Source of the DNA: Oceanispirochaeta sp.
GTDB taxonomy: Bacteria > Spirochaetota > Spirochaetia > DSM-2461
Direction of reading: 5' to 3'
Length of the DNA stretch: 64,000 bases
NCBI GenBank assembly: GCA_963666275.2
Contig: CAXXOA010000003.1
Span: 192,001-256,000, forward strand
Both the position numbers and the translations under genes were made by a program. Positions 27,511-37,800 of the stretch are shown here, in pieces. Every line of letters begins with the position of its first letter. Position 1 is the first letter of the stretch. The notes beneath the pieces are model-generated. The model was not told the origin of the DNA. It did no database searches and was given only the letters and a program-made list of their open reading frames with translations.

Positions 27511-28980
27511 TTAATACAATCCGTTCAGATAGAGTGTGGTTGTGGGGTTTAAGTTTATATCCCTTCCCGTCAGCAGCAGGTCCCTGTCGCCGTCGCCGTC
27601 CACATCGGTAATACTGATGGAGCCCTGGCAGACAGCCGTCAATCCGGACGGGACATGGGTGAAATTTCCCCTTCCATCGTTGATGTAGAGAAGGGACACA
27701 TAAGTGTCTGTTCCATCCATTCCGGTCAGAACCAGATCGGGGTCCCCGTCACCGTCCAGATCGGCAAAGCTGCTGGAGCTTAAACTCAGAGCTGTCAGTC
27801 CCGCTGAAGTTTCGGAAAAATTGCCCGTTCCGTCGTTGAGATAAAGAGTTGATGACCCGTTTCCTGATATAAGAAGATCCAGATCTCCATCTTCGTCGAT
27901 ATCGCAAAAGTTGTTGGTACCATCGAATATTGCCTTCAAGTCGGCGGAAGCAGCGGAAAAATTCCCGGACCCGTCGTTTTTGTAGAGGGTAGAATGTAGA
28001 GGGGGGAATCCCATACCGGACGTGACTAGGTCCGGATCACCGTCACCGTCTACATCTCCGAAACAGCAGGCTCCCTGACCGGCTCCTGTCATGGATATAT
28101 CTGTTTTTTCATTGAAAAGGCCGCTTCCATCATTCAGATACAGTTTGGATACGGCACTAAAAATACTCTCACCATCATTTCCGTTGATCACCAGATCCAG
28201 GTCTCCGTCGCCGTCCACATCGGCGAAACTGCTTGAGCTTACAGCCATATCCATGATCTCTGCGGAGCTTTCGGTGAATTGACCGCTCCCGTTGTTGCTG
28301 TAGAGAACCGTACTCGCCGAGCTGCCTGTATACCCGGCAATCAGAAGGTCCTGATCGCCGTCACCGTCCACATCGGCAAAGCTGCTGGTGCCTCTGAGTA
28401 CTCCCGTCAGTTCCTGTTCCCTGTAAAAAATCCCCTTTCCGTCATTATGGTAGAGCATGGCTGTGTATCCGTTCCCTGTGTTTCCTGTGAAAATCAGATC
28501 CTGATCGCCATCGCCGTCTACATCGGCAAAGGCACTGGAGCTGTAATGGACTCCCGGCAGGGTTCTGGAGGAAGGGGTGAACAGGCTGGCAAAATCGATG
28601 TCCCACCGGGCATAGAGGGTCACATCCTCCGTCCCCATGGTAAAGGTCTCGCCGGCGGCGTAGCTGGTGCCGCTGCCGTTGGCTCGGGTGTTCCACCCGG
28701 TAAAGCTGCTGCAGTTGAGGCTCAGGGACCCTGTGTTGTCACTGACAGTCACGGTTTCCCCTTTTTTATAGCTCCCGCTGTCCAGAGGGACCGTTCCGCC
28801 GGAAGCCTGGTTTCCTTTGTAGGTCACTGTATAGGTTGCACTGTCCTCTGTGGACTGGGTCTCCTCATAAATCTCATCGTCAATATCGGTGGTGCCGTTG
28901 GGGCATCCTGTGATAATAAGGATCAGCGTAATGGCCAGGGCCAGCACCCCGGTTTTGAATCTGCCTGTGATGACTGTCAT
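27511..28980 (-). CDS. Paralogous lipoprotein with InlB B-repeat and FG-GAP/VCBS repeats
   Basis: Lipobox ITGC, shares CPNGTTDIDDEI and overall architecture with 25831-27312. Confidence 0.88.
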   Translation of the reverse strand: MTVITGRFKTGVLALAITLILIITGCPNGTTDIDDEIYEETQSTEDSATYTVTYKGNQASGGTVPLDSGSYKKGETVTVSDNTGSLSLNCSSFTGWNTRANGSGTSYAAGETFTMGTEDVTLYARWDIDFASLFTPSSRTLPGVHYSSSAFADVDGDGDQDLIFTGNTGNGYTAMLYHNDGKGIFYREQELTGVLRGTSSFADVDGDGDQDLLIAGYTGSSASTVLYSNNGSGQFTESSAEIMDMAVSSSSFADVDGDGDLDLVINGNDGESIFSAVSKLYLNDGSGLFNEKTDISMTGAGQGACCFGDVDGDGDPDLVTSGMGFPPLHSTLYKNDGSGNFSAASADLKAIFDGTNNFCDIDEDGDLDLLISGNGSSTLYLNDGTGNFSETSAGLTALSLSSSSFADLDGDGDPDLVLTGMDGTDTYVSLLYINDGRGNFTHVPSGLTAVCQGSISITDVDGDGDRDLLLTGRDINLNPTTTLYLNGLY

Positions 28981-29037
28981 AAAAACTCTTCCTCCGGCTT
29001 GTATTTTCGTCTCAATGTGCCTGTTTTTTTCAAAGCC

Positions 29038-29068
29038 GTCGTCCAGAAACGTGTTTTAGGACTTTTTT
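29038..29068. promoter_or_regulatory. 31 bp conserved upstream element, copy 2
   Basis: Identical to 27371-27401. Confidence 0.6.
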
Positions 29069-29174
29069 CACAGGAAAAAGAAGACCCCTTTCGGCGGCCT
29101 GTTGTTTTGAAATCGATTATTACAGGGAATATTTTGAAATCCTAAAACAAAAAGGAGCATTCCTGTTCAGACAT

Positions 29175-30020
29175 TCAGGGATAGAACTTCAGAGCCCCCG
29201 CAAACACCGGCCCCCCCGGTACGGTCCGGTTTTCCTGCCGGACTGATTCGCTTTCCAGGGCCTCCTCCCGGAGGAGGTTCATCCCCGCCGAGCCTGTGAA
29301 GGAGAGGTTTTCAGTAAAAAACCACTCCAAAGAGCCTGTCAGAGCGAGTTCTCCCAGGGCGTAGGTCTCTCCTTCGGAGATTTCCATGGTATCTTCATGG
29401 AATCCCAGGGAGAGGGTAAAACTGAGTTCTTCCAGGGGGCTGTAAACCGCTTCTATCCGGAAGGGCAGGAGGAGCTGCAGCCGGATCTTCTCCTGAGGTT
29501 CCCAGCGGAGGCCGCCCAGAGGGACGGGGTAGTCTCCCCGGAGGGGCTGATAGGATGCCCCGGCCAGCCAGGTCAGACACGGAGGGCCGGGAAGGGTATA
29601 CAGGAGGAAACCCCGGCTGAACCGGATCTCCCGGGAGCTTCCCTTCTGCAGATGGGATGAACCGGATGCGCTGATCCCCAGGGTACTTCCTCCGGGCAGG
29701 AAGAAGGCTGCCCGGAGGCCCCCGGAAACTAGGAGCGTCTCTTCCGGGGAGTTTTCAAACAGGGGGCTCTCCCAGCGGGCGGATGTGACAGACAGCGGGA
29801 GGCTCAGCAGGAACCGGTCCGGCCGGAACAGCAGGGGGATCTGAAGGGTGAGGTCTGCTTTTGTGTTCCCCTCCTTTTCCCGCTCCTTCCAGGGGCCGTT
29901 GCTATAGCTGAGGCTGAAGCTGGCAAGGGGCCGTTCTCCCTGTTTTCCTTCCTCTCCCCGGACAGACGTTCCTGCTGCCAGCAGAAGAAAAAGGAGGAGG
30001 CTGAATTTGATGGATGTCAT
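29175..30020 (-). CDS. Putative outer-membrane beta-barrel protein
   Basis: Signal peptide, amphipathic beta strands, aromatic C-terminus. Last gene of the ECF operon. Confidence 0.6.
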   Translation of the reverse strand: MTSIKFSLLLFLLLAAGTSVRGEEGKQGERPLASFSLSYSNGPWKEREKEGNTKADLTLQIPLLFRPDRFLLSLPLSVTSARWESPLFENSPEETLLVSGGLRAAFFLPGGSTLGISASGSSHLQKGSSREIRFSRGFLLYTLPGPPCLTWLAGASYQPLRGDYPVPLGGLRWEPQEKIRLQLLLPFRIEAVYSPLEELSFTLSLGFHEDTMEISEGETYALGELALTGSLEWFFTENLSFTGSAGMNLLREEALESESVRQENRTVPGGPVFAGALKFYP

Positions 30021-30023
30021 TGT

Positions 30024-30422
30024 CTATTCAGGCAGGGTTTCTTCGGGGAAGCCGAAAAAAGGATAGAGATTGTCCACGATCCCCTCCATCCTGGCGGACT
30101 GTTCCTCCGTCAGGATGGAACGGATCTCCGCAAAGGTTTCCAGAAGCTGGGGCTCGATGGACCGGCGGAAACTCTCCCTCTCCTCTTCGATGGAAAGGAA
30201 GAAGTCCTCCACCGCCCCTGTCAGGGTCGCCTCCTGATCGGGCGACATATCCAGTTCCCGGACAAACTTCTGAATCAGAATGGCCCGGCGGGTCTCATTG
30301 TCCTCTGAAAAACTCTGTATTTTATATTTGAAAAAAAGTCCTGTCAGGAGCATTCCTGTTGTGATTCCAATAAAAAAGGTTAATACCAGAAGCATAACTA
30401 TCTGGGGTTTTCTGTTCATCAT
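30024..30422 (-). CDS. Spy/CpxP-like periplasmic protein
   Basis: N-terminal TM, ELDMSPDQ and ILTEEQ (LTxxQ) motifs. Confidence 0.65.
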   Translation of the reverse strand: MMNRKPQIVMLLVLTFFIGITTGMLLTGLFFKYKIQSFSEDNETRRAILIQKFVRELDMSPDQEATLTGAVEDFFLSIEEERESFRRSIEPQLLETFAEIRSILTEEQSARMEGIVDNLYPFFGFPEETLPE

Positions 30423-30432
30423 CCTATCCTTT

Positions 30433-30741
30433 CTAAAAAAATAATATTCCCGCCAGGTCGTTCAGGGAGAGAGGGTTCAGCGACTCCTGCAGGGCCATGA
30501 GCAGGAGAGAGTCTGTCAGGTCCCGGAAGATAAGGAGGTTCATCCCCCCCGTGGCTGCCAGGCAGGCTGCGGCGGCGGAAACCACCCAGGAGGCAAAGAG
30601 AGGACGCTCCGCAGTAAAAAGGGCATTGTCGCCGTAGATCCTTTTCATAACCGCATCCGCCAGGGCGGTACCGTTCACTTCTTCCGCACGGGCTGTGAAA
30701 TGGTTCTTCAGATAGACCAGAACATCATCAACGCTTTTCAC
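30433..30741 (-). CDS. Putative membrane anti-sigma factor
   Basis: Overlaps the ECF sigma stop, one TM segment, VM.RI motif. Confidence 0.55.
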   Translation of the reverse strand: MKSVDDVLVYLKNHFTARAEEVNGTALADAVMKRIYGDNALFTAERPLFASWVVSAAAACLAATGGMNLLIFRDLTDSLLLMALQESLNPLSLNDLAGILFF

Positions 30742-31334
30742 TGGTTCTCCTCCTCTTCAAAATACACGGACAGACGGGATTTCAGCTTCTGCCGGGACCG
30801 GTGCAGAAGGACCTTGATTTTGCTTTCGCTCCATCCCGTGGCCCTGCGGATATCGCTAACGCTCAGCTCTTCAAAATAGAAGAGGGAAACCGCGATCTTC
30901 TGGTCGGGTTTCAGCACATTCAGGGACTTCCGGATCTCCCTCCGGGCATCCTCAGAGAGAATATCCTCCAGAGGTTCCGGCCGGGTATCGGCTCTGTCGT
31001 AGAGGAGACCGGCTTCCCGGTTCTCCTCCTCTCCGGACAGAAGAAGTTCCTTCCTTCTGTAGTGCTTCCGCCAGTAGTTTCGGACACTGTTGACAGCGAT
31101 CCCCGTCAGCCAGAGCGGGAACGGCCTGGTCTGATCAAAGCGGACAAGGGAGGTATAGGCTTTCATAAAGATATCCTGTACAAGATCGTCCCTGTCTGCC
31201 CCGGGGATTCCCTGGGAGATCACAAACCGGGCTATCCCGTGGCCGTGTCTTGTCATGAGTCCTCTGTACCTTTCCCTATCGCCTTCCAGTACGGCGGCGA
31301 TATCCTCAATATCCTGATCCATGGATGTTCCCAT
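30738..31334 (-). CDS. ECF (group 4) RNA polymerase sigma factor
   Basis: DDLVQDIFMKAY, F..WL..IAVN, region 4 LS..DI...TGWSESKIKVLLHRSRQKLK. Confidence 0.93.
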   Translation of the reverse strand: MGTSMDQDIEDIAAVLEGDRERYRGLMTRHGHGIARFVISQGIPGADRDDLVQDIFMKAYTSLVRFDQTRPFPLWLTGIAVNSVRNYWRKHYRRKELLLSGEEENREAGLLYDRADTRPEPLEDILSEDARREIRKSLNVLKPDQKIAVSLFYFEELSVSDIRRATGWSESKIKVLLHRSRQKLKSRLSVYFEEEENQ

Positions 31335-31363
31335 TGTCTCCTTTCAGGGTGTTTCTACTCTGG

Positions 31364-31445
31364 TATTCGCTCCCCCGGAGGGAAAGGTTACAGTTCTTTT
31401 TCAAGAAGAAATTTTCTGTAACCACCGGCGGTTCCGCAGCGAATA
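31364..31445. promoter_or_regulatory. Pair of divergent ECF-type promoters CTGTAACC-N16-CGAATA
   Basis: Minus strand 31393-31364 points to the sigma gene; plus strand 31416-31445 points to the TolC gene. Identical -35/-10 boxes and spacing. Confidence 0.8.
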
Positions 31446-31452
31446 GAGGGGT

Positions 31453-33804
31453 ATGATCAGGAAAAACAGCATATTCTACTTTCTTCTCGCCCTCTGCCTG
31501 CTGGAACTGGTTCCCGCCCTTGCGGGGCAGTCTCTGCTGGTGCTGACAGACGGCCCTCTCTCCTATTATCGGGGAGTTCTGGCGGAAATAGAGGGGGAGT
31601 TGGCCTCATCGGTCTACGAAGAGGTCCTTGCCGGGGCGGAATACAGAGAGTATATGAGCCGCCTCTCCCCGGAGGGGCAAATGCCGGGGGATGAAGGGGA
31701 GAGTCCGGGCTACTCCCTGGTTCTGGCACTGGGACAGGCTTCTTCCCGGCTGGCTCTGGCCTCCTTTCCCCAGACCCCGGTTCTGGGAGTCTCCTATCTT
31801 TACGATCCTGCCGAAAGGGCTCTCTGGGAGGCTCTGCTCGCTTCGGGAAGAGCCCCCCGCCGGGTGGTACTGACCGATCTGGAACTGGAGCGGCGGAGCA
31901 GTAAGTTCGCCGAGGATTTCAACCAGCCGCCGCCGGTTCCCGTGACCGATCCGGTCTCCCTGAGCTGGCTCTTTTCTTCCGCCCGGGAGTGGATTACCCC
32001 TGTAGGAACAGAAGCCCGAGCCCTGGAAGCCGATCCGGCTCAGCCCCTGCTGATTCTCCCCTCAGACTCTCTGACCCCGGAGGAGAAAGAGGGGTTTTTC
32101 AGAATCCTTGACGGGACAGGGGCTCTTCTGGTGACAAGCTCCCGGGAGGATCTTACCCGTCCGGGAGGGGCCGTCTCCTATTTTCCCCGGACGGACCGGA
32201 GGATGGGACGGGAAATCTCACTACTTATGGAGGATCTTCTATCAGGTGCCCATGAGCCAGAGGTCCCTCTGAAAATCCTGAAGTTCTCCGATTCCCTCAC
32301 TGTGAATGCCCCCACTCTGAGCTCCCGGGGGACGGACCCTCCCTGGCAGACCCTCCTGCTGGCAGAATTCACTGGGATGGACCCCCGGAAGGGACTTTCA
32401 CCGGAGCAGGCCGCTGCAGAAGCTCTGCAAAATGATCCCGCCTACAGGAGCGCCGTCCTGGACCGGGAGGATCAGTTCTGGTCGGTCCGTACCTCCCGAT
32501 CGTCTCTGCTCCCCCAGGTCTCCCTTTTTTCCCAGATGGCCGCGATCGATGAGGACCGGGCGGAAAGCAGCCTCTCTCCCTATGAGTACGAAGGCTCCGC
32601 AGGCGTTCAGGCTTCCCAGATCCTCTGGTCTGACGGGGTCCGCACGGGCTACGGGATACAGAAACTCCTGCTCCAGGCCCGGAAGGGGGAAGCTGAGACC
32701 CGCCGGCAGGACACGCTTTATGCGGTTTTCCGGGGGTATTACAACCTCAGCCGGGCTATGGCGGCTCTTGAGATTCAGAAAGACGCAGTGGATCAGACAA
32801 GGGCCTATCTGGAGCGTTCGGTGCTCCTTGAAAAGATAGGGGAGGACTCGCAGCTTAATGTTTACCGCTTTGAGAACCAGCTTGCAAGGGACAATCAGTC
32901 CCTGATCGATGCCCTTTCCCGGGCCCGGGGAGCCTATCTGGAACTGCTCCATCTCAGAGGAGTTCCTACCTCTCAGGCGCGGTTTTCTCCGGAGAATCTT
33001 CCCCTGCCGGGGGAGAGCTCTGAACTGGAAAGATTTGTGATGGCCTTTCTGGCCGATGCGGACACTCCGGCCCGGACGGCTCTTCTGGAGGATATCGTCG
33101 TCTCCGCCGCCCTGGGGGAGTCCTCTTCCCTGCTGTCACAGGACTCCCATCTGGAAGCTGTGGAGAGGGAGAAGGCCATGCGATCCCGGGCTTTCTTCAG
33201 CCCTACTGTTCTGCTCTCCGGAGAATGGGCCTACACCTTTTATCAGGGAGGCGCCGGAGGGGGAAGTGAAGTGTCCCTGGCTCCGGGTGTTTCCTTCAAT
33301 TCCTCCGACCTGAGCAGCAGCGACGACTTTACCTGGTCCGCCGGCCTTTCTCTCTCTCTGCCTCTTCTGTCGGGAGGCGAAAGGGCGGGGGAACTTAAAA
33401 AAGCGGAGGTCCAGGTGGAAAAGGCCCGGACCGCCAGGCAGTCTGCGGCGGATTCTCTGGCGCTTAATGCCCGGAATCAGGTGACCGGACTTCTGTCGGT
33501 CTATGCAGGACTGCAGGAAGGGTTGAAGGCCGAGAGGGCCGCACAGATGGCCCTGGAGTTTACCGAAGAGGCCTATGAAAAGGGTTCGGTCAGCAGTTAT
33601 GAACTGCTGGATGCCCAAACAAGCCATACCGCAGCCTCCCTGGCTGTGACGGATAGAAAAAGCGACTTTACCATGGCCCTGTTGGGGGTACTGCGGGTTA
33701 TGGACAAAACCGATGCCTTCATAAGCCTCTCTGCAGCCCGGGATGTCCGGGAGATCTTCTCCCGGATGAGTTATGCCGGTAGGGCAACAGGAGATACCAA
33801 ATGA
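31453..33804 (+). CDS. TolC-family outer-membrane efflux protein with long N-terminal extension
   Basis: C-terminal about 470 aa OEP repeats (LLPQVSL, YEKG..S.YELLDAQ). N-terminal about 300 aa resembles a periplasmic binding domain. Confidence 0.8.
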   Translation: MIRKNSIFYFLLALCLLELVPALAGQSLLVLTDGPLSYYRGVLAEIEGELASSVYEEVLAGAEYREYMSRLSPEGQMPGDEGESPGYSLVLALGQASSRLALASFPQTPVLGVSYLYDPAERALWEALLASGRAPRRVVLTDLELERRSSKFAEDFNQPPPVPVTDPVSLSWLFSSAREWITPVGTEARALEADPAQPLLILPSDSLTPEEKEGFFRILDGTGALLVTSSREDLTRPGGAVSYFPRTDRRMGREISLLMEDLLSGAHEPEVPLKILKFSDSLTVNAPTLSSRGTDPPWQTLLLAEFTGMDPRKGLSPEQAAAEALQNDPAYRSAVLDREDQFWSVRTSRSSLLPQVSLFSQMAAIDEDRAESSLSPYEYEGSAGVQASQILWSDGVRTGYGIQKLLLQARKGEAETRRQDTLYAVFRGYYNLSRAMAALEIQKDAVDQTRAYLERSVLLEKIGEDSQLNVYRFENQLARDNQSLIDALSRARGAYLELLHLRGVPTSQARFSPENLPLPGESSELERFVMAFLADADTPARTALLEDIVVSAALGESSSLLSQDSHLEAVEREKAMRSRAFFSPTVLLSGEWAYTFYQGGAGGGSEVSLAPGVSFNSSDLSSSDDFTWSAGLSLSLPLLSGGERAGELKKAEVQVEKARTARQSAADSLALNARNQVTGLLSVYAGLQEGLKAERAAQMALEFTEEAYEKGSVSSYELLDAQTSHTAASLAVTDRKSDFTMALLGVLRVMDKTDAFISLSAARDVREIFSRMSYAGRATGDTK

Positions 33805-34895
33805 AATACACACACCTTTTGACACTGACTTTTCTGGCCCTGCTGACGGGCTGCCGGGAGAGTGGAGAGACCCCGTCTGCGGCAGAACCCCGGCTTGTGA
33901 GGACCCTGGCGGCTACTGTGTCGGATCCGTCTCTGGTCCGGACTTTTTCGGGGATTACCGCCGCAGAGGAGGAGCTGGTCCTGGCCTTCCGGATTCCCGG
34001 AGAGGTCCGTGCCGTTCCTGTCCGTACGGGAATGACCGTGCCGGGCGGAACCCTGCTGGCCGCTTTGGACCGGGAGGAGTATGAGCTGGAGCTGGAGCGT
34101 ACCGGGGCAGCACTGGAAAGCGCCGAAAACCAGTACACTACAAGCGAAGCCTCCTACAGAAGGATCCGGGAACTCTATCAGAACGACAGTGCCAGCCGGA
34201 GCCAGCTCGACTCAGCCCGGACGGCCTATGAATCCTCCCAGTCCAGTCTGGCTTCGGCCAGGACCCAGAAGGAGCGGGCCGACCTGCAGCTCTCCTACAC
34301 CGAGCTGCGGGCGCCCTTTCCGGGGGAGATTACCCAGGTCCTTTGCAATCCCGGTGAGATTATCGCGGCCGGTCAGGTTGTGGTTTCCCTGATCAGCCGC
34401 CCGGTGAATGTGGTCCGCTTCTCGGTGACCGAAGATATAATCCCCTTCCTCAGGGAGGGAATGGCCGGCCGTGTTTCAGTCTCCTCCCTGGGGCTGACAG
34501 GTTTGGCCGGTACTGTCCGGGAGATCTCTTCGGGGCACTCCCAGAACAGCGCCCTCTATTCTGTCCGTCTGGAGTTGGACGAGCCCCCCGGAGCGCTCCG
34601 ATCGGGCATGGCCTGTTCGGTTCAGCTGGAACTCTCCGGAGAGTCCTCTCCGGTATTCCTTGTTCCCTCCCAGGCGCTTATGGAGGATCACCGGGGGCGC
34701 TTTGTTTATCTGGCCCGCCCCGATGGAGAGGGAACCGCCAGGGTGGAACGGGCGTCGGTCGAGGCCGGGAGGCTGGAGCGGGAGGGCATACAAATCCTGG
34801 GGGGACTGAACCGTGGGGATCTTGTGATCACCGCCGGCATGTCCCGTCTGCGGGAGGGTATGACTGTCAGGACCGGGGGGGAGGTTTCTCCGTGA
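33801..34895 (+). CDS. RND efflux periplasmic adaptor (MFP) lipoprotein
   Basis: LTGC lipobox, LAFRIPG, LRAPFPG, LRSGM. Confidence 0.92.
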   Translation: MKYTHLLTLTFLALLTGCRESGETPSAAEPRLVRTLAATVSDPSLVRTFSGITAAEEELVLAFRIPGEVRAVPVRTGMTVPGGTLLAALDREEYELELERTGAALESAENQYTTSEASYRRIRELYQNDSASRSQLDSARTAYESSQSSLASARTQKERADLQLSYTELRAPFPGEITQVLCNPGEIIAAGQVVVSLISRPVNVVRFSVTEDIIPFLREGMAGRVSVSSLGLTGLAGTVREISSGHSQNSALYSVRLELDEPPGALRSGMACSVQLELSGESSPVFLVPSQALMEDHRGRFVYLARPDGEGTARVERASVEAGRLEREGIQILGGLNRGDLVITAGMSRLREGMTVRTGGEVSP

Positions 34896-37800
34896 CCATT
34901 ACCGAACTCTCTCTGAGAAAAAAAACTGTCACCCTTGTGCTCCTTATCCTGCTGATCCTGGGGGGGCTATACTCCTACTTCACCCTTCCCCAGGCGGAGG
35001 ATCCCGGGTTTACGGTCCGGGCCGCCCAGGTGATCACCCTTTATCCCGGGGCGTCTCCCGAAAGGGTGCGGGATACAGTCACTATTCCTCTGGAAGACGC
35101 CATCGGCGAACTGGGGGAACTTGAACACGTGACCTCGAGATCCCAGGAAGGGGTCTCCATCATTACAGCCACGGTGGCATTTGAATACGGAGATCTGGAG
35201 GCTATATGGGACAAGCTGGCAGATGCGGTGGATGCCGTGCGGGAGGATCTCCCTGAAGGGGCCCTGACCCCCCGGATCGAGGACGACTACGGTGATGTTT
35301 TCAGCATCCTCCTTTCTCTCACAGGGGAGGGGTACAGCCTGAGCGAACTGGACTCGATCGCCCGGGAGGTCCGGCGGAAACTTATGGGGCTGAGCGAAGT
35401 GAGCCGGGTGGATATCTATGGAGTTCCCGACAGGGAAGTCCTTGTGTCTTACCAGAGGGAGACCCTGGAGGCCCTGGGGCTGACACCCTACCATCTGGCC
35501 ACGGCGGTGCAGAAAACCAATGTGATCCGCCCCGCGGGAACCATTACTCCGGGCCGGGAGGATATCTCTCTCGAGGCGGAGGGCAGCTATACCTCCCTTG
35601 CGGGACTGGAGGAAACTCTGGTGCCACTGCCGGGAACCTCTGAATCCGTCCCTCTTCGGGACCTGGCCGCGATCTCTCTGGAAACGGAGGATCCAGTTAA
35701 ATCCCTGGTCAGGCAGGAAGGACGCGAGGCGGTAGTGCTGGCTGTCAATATGAAAGAGGGCGGCAGGATCACCGTTATGGGAGATCAGGTCCGGGAGCTG
35801 ACGGACCGGCTGGCCCGTCAGTACCCCCTGGGGGTGGATTTTGACTTTATGATCTTTCAGCCCGAACTGGTGAGCGGCCTGATAGACCAGTTCACCTTCA
35901 ATGTGATTCAGTCGATCCTTGTGGTCATGGCGGTGATGATCCTGGCTTCGGGGTTCCGGAGCGGTATGGTGGTGGCCTCTCTGGTTCCGGGTACCATGAT
36001 CGGTTCCCTGTTGATCATGAATATGGCGGGGATCGGGATCAATCAGATGTCCCTGGCGTCGCTTATCATTGTTCTGGGGATGCTTGTGGACAGCGGTATT
36101 GTCATGGTCGAGTCGATGCAGCTTGAAATCCAGGGGGGAAAAACCCCCTTCCGGGCGGCGGTGGATGCCTCCCGGGAGCTGAGACTCCCCCTTCTGACAA
36201 GCGCCCTGACCACTTCAGCCTCATTCCTGCCTATCGCCATGGCCCAGAATCCGGCGGGAGAGTATACGAGGCCCCTCTTTTATGTGGTGACTATAGCCCT
36301 GGTGCTGGCCTGGGTTCTGACGATCACCCTGATTCCCTTTCTGGGATTTCTGTTTCTTAAAAGACCCGGGGATTTCCCTGAGAATATCAGAAAAAACAGG
36401 TCCCCCCGGGAGACTCCTGCGGCACTGGAAAGGGCAAAAGTCAGGTATCTGGGGATCCTGACGGCCGTTCTCCGCCGGAGGGGAATCATGATCGGTCTGC
36501 TGGTGCTGGCACTGATCGTTTACCTCGGGGTTTTCCGGCGGATCCCTGTCTCTTTTTTTCCGCCCACCACCTATCCCTATTTTACTATGGAGATCTCCCT
36601 GCCCCGGGGAACATCCATCGCTGCCACCGCCGCCCTGGCTGACCAGGTGGATGCCTGCCTTGCAGAGGATCTGGAGGGGCAGGTCGCTTTCTTCGGGAGC
36701 TTTATCGGCGGCGGGGTTCCCCGGTTCCGTCTGAATATAGCGCCCCAGGACTCCCGGCCCGAGTACGCCTTCTATATTGTAAGGCTCCAGCAGGGGGCCT
36801 CTCCCGCCGAGATCTTCAGGGCCCTCAGGGCTTTAGTGCCTGAGATCGAAGCGGATGCGGAACTGAAGCTCTCGCCCTTCACCTACGGGCCCGGCTTCAA
36901 TGCCCCCGTGGAGATCCGGATCTCCGGAACGGACAGGGAGGCGCTTTATGTCCTGGCGGAAGAGGCGAAGAACCTTCTGGCGGACCAGGAGGGGATTCTC
37001 AATATCCGGGATGACTGGGGCCCCCGGCGGAAGATCCTTTCTGTGGAAATGGACGAATCCAGCGCCAGGCGGTACGGCATTACCCATCAGGATGTGGCGG
37101 TTTCCCTTCAGGCTGCCTCCCGGGGTCTCTCTGTTTCCGAATACAGAGGTGAGGAGACCTCTCTGTCGATTATTCTGAAAGACAGCGCCGCCGGATACGC
37201 CTCCATGGGAGATCTGGAATCCCTGAATGTCTATTCCGAGACAACGGGAGCATCGGTTCCTCTCAGGCAGGTGGCCCGGATCAGCCTGGACTGGCAGCCC
37301 GCTCTGATCATCCAGAGGGACGGCGTGGAAACCATTACGGTACAGGCCGATGTGGCCGAAGGGGTCAATGCGATTTCCGCTGCCAGAGAGGCGGGAAGGA
37401 TTCTGGAAAATCGTCCCGCCGGTCTGCCCAGGGGATTTTCCGTGGATGTAGGGGGAACCTCCGAGGGATCCGCCCAGGCCAACAGAGCTATTCTGGAGAA
37501 GGCTCCCATCGCCCTGTTCATCATCATTATGCTTCTGGTTGTCCAGTTCAACTCTGTCAGAAAGAGCCTGATCATACTGGTAACGGTTCCCTTCGGTTTC
37601 ATAGGCGTGGTTTTCGGGCTATGGGTCACAGGAAGCACATTCAGTTTTATGAGCCTGCTGGGTCTGGTCTCCCTTTCTGGGGTGGTCGTGAACGATGCGA
37701 TTATCCTTCTGGAGCGGGTGGAACTGGAAATCAGGGAGGGCGCCGATTCTCTGACAGCCCTTTACAGAGCTGCCCTGCGGAAGTTCCGGCCGATCCTTCT

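Noticed and set aside
25831..28980. Recurrent TCGCCGTC(G/A)CCGTCCACATCGG DNA repeats as a CRISPR-like array
   Set aside because: They encode the DVDGDGD of FG-GAP repeats; there is no spacer structure and no cas gene in the window.
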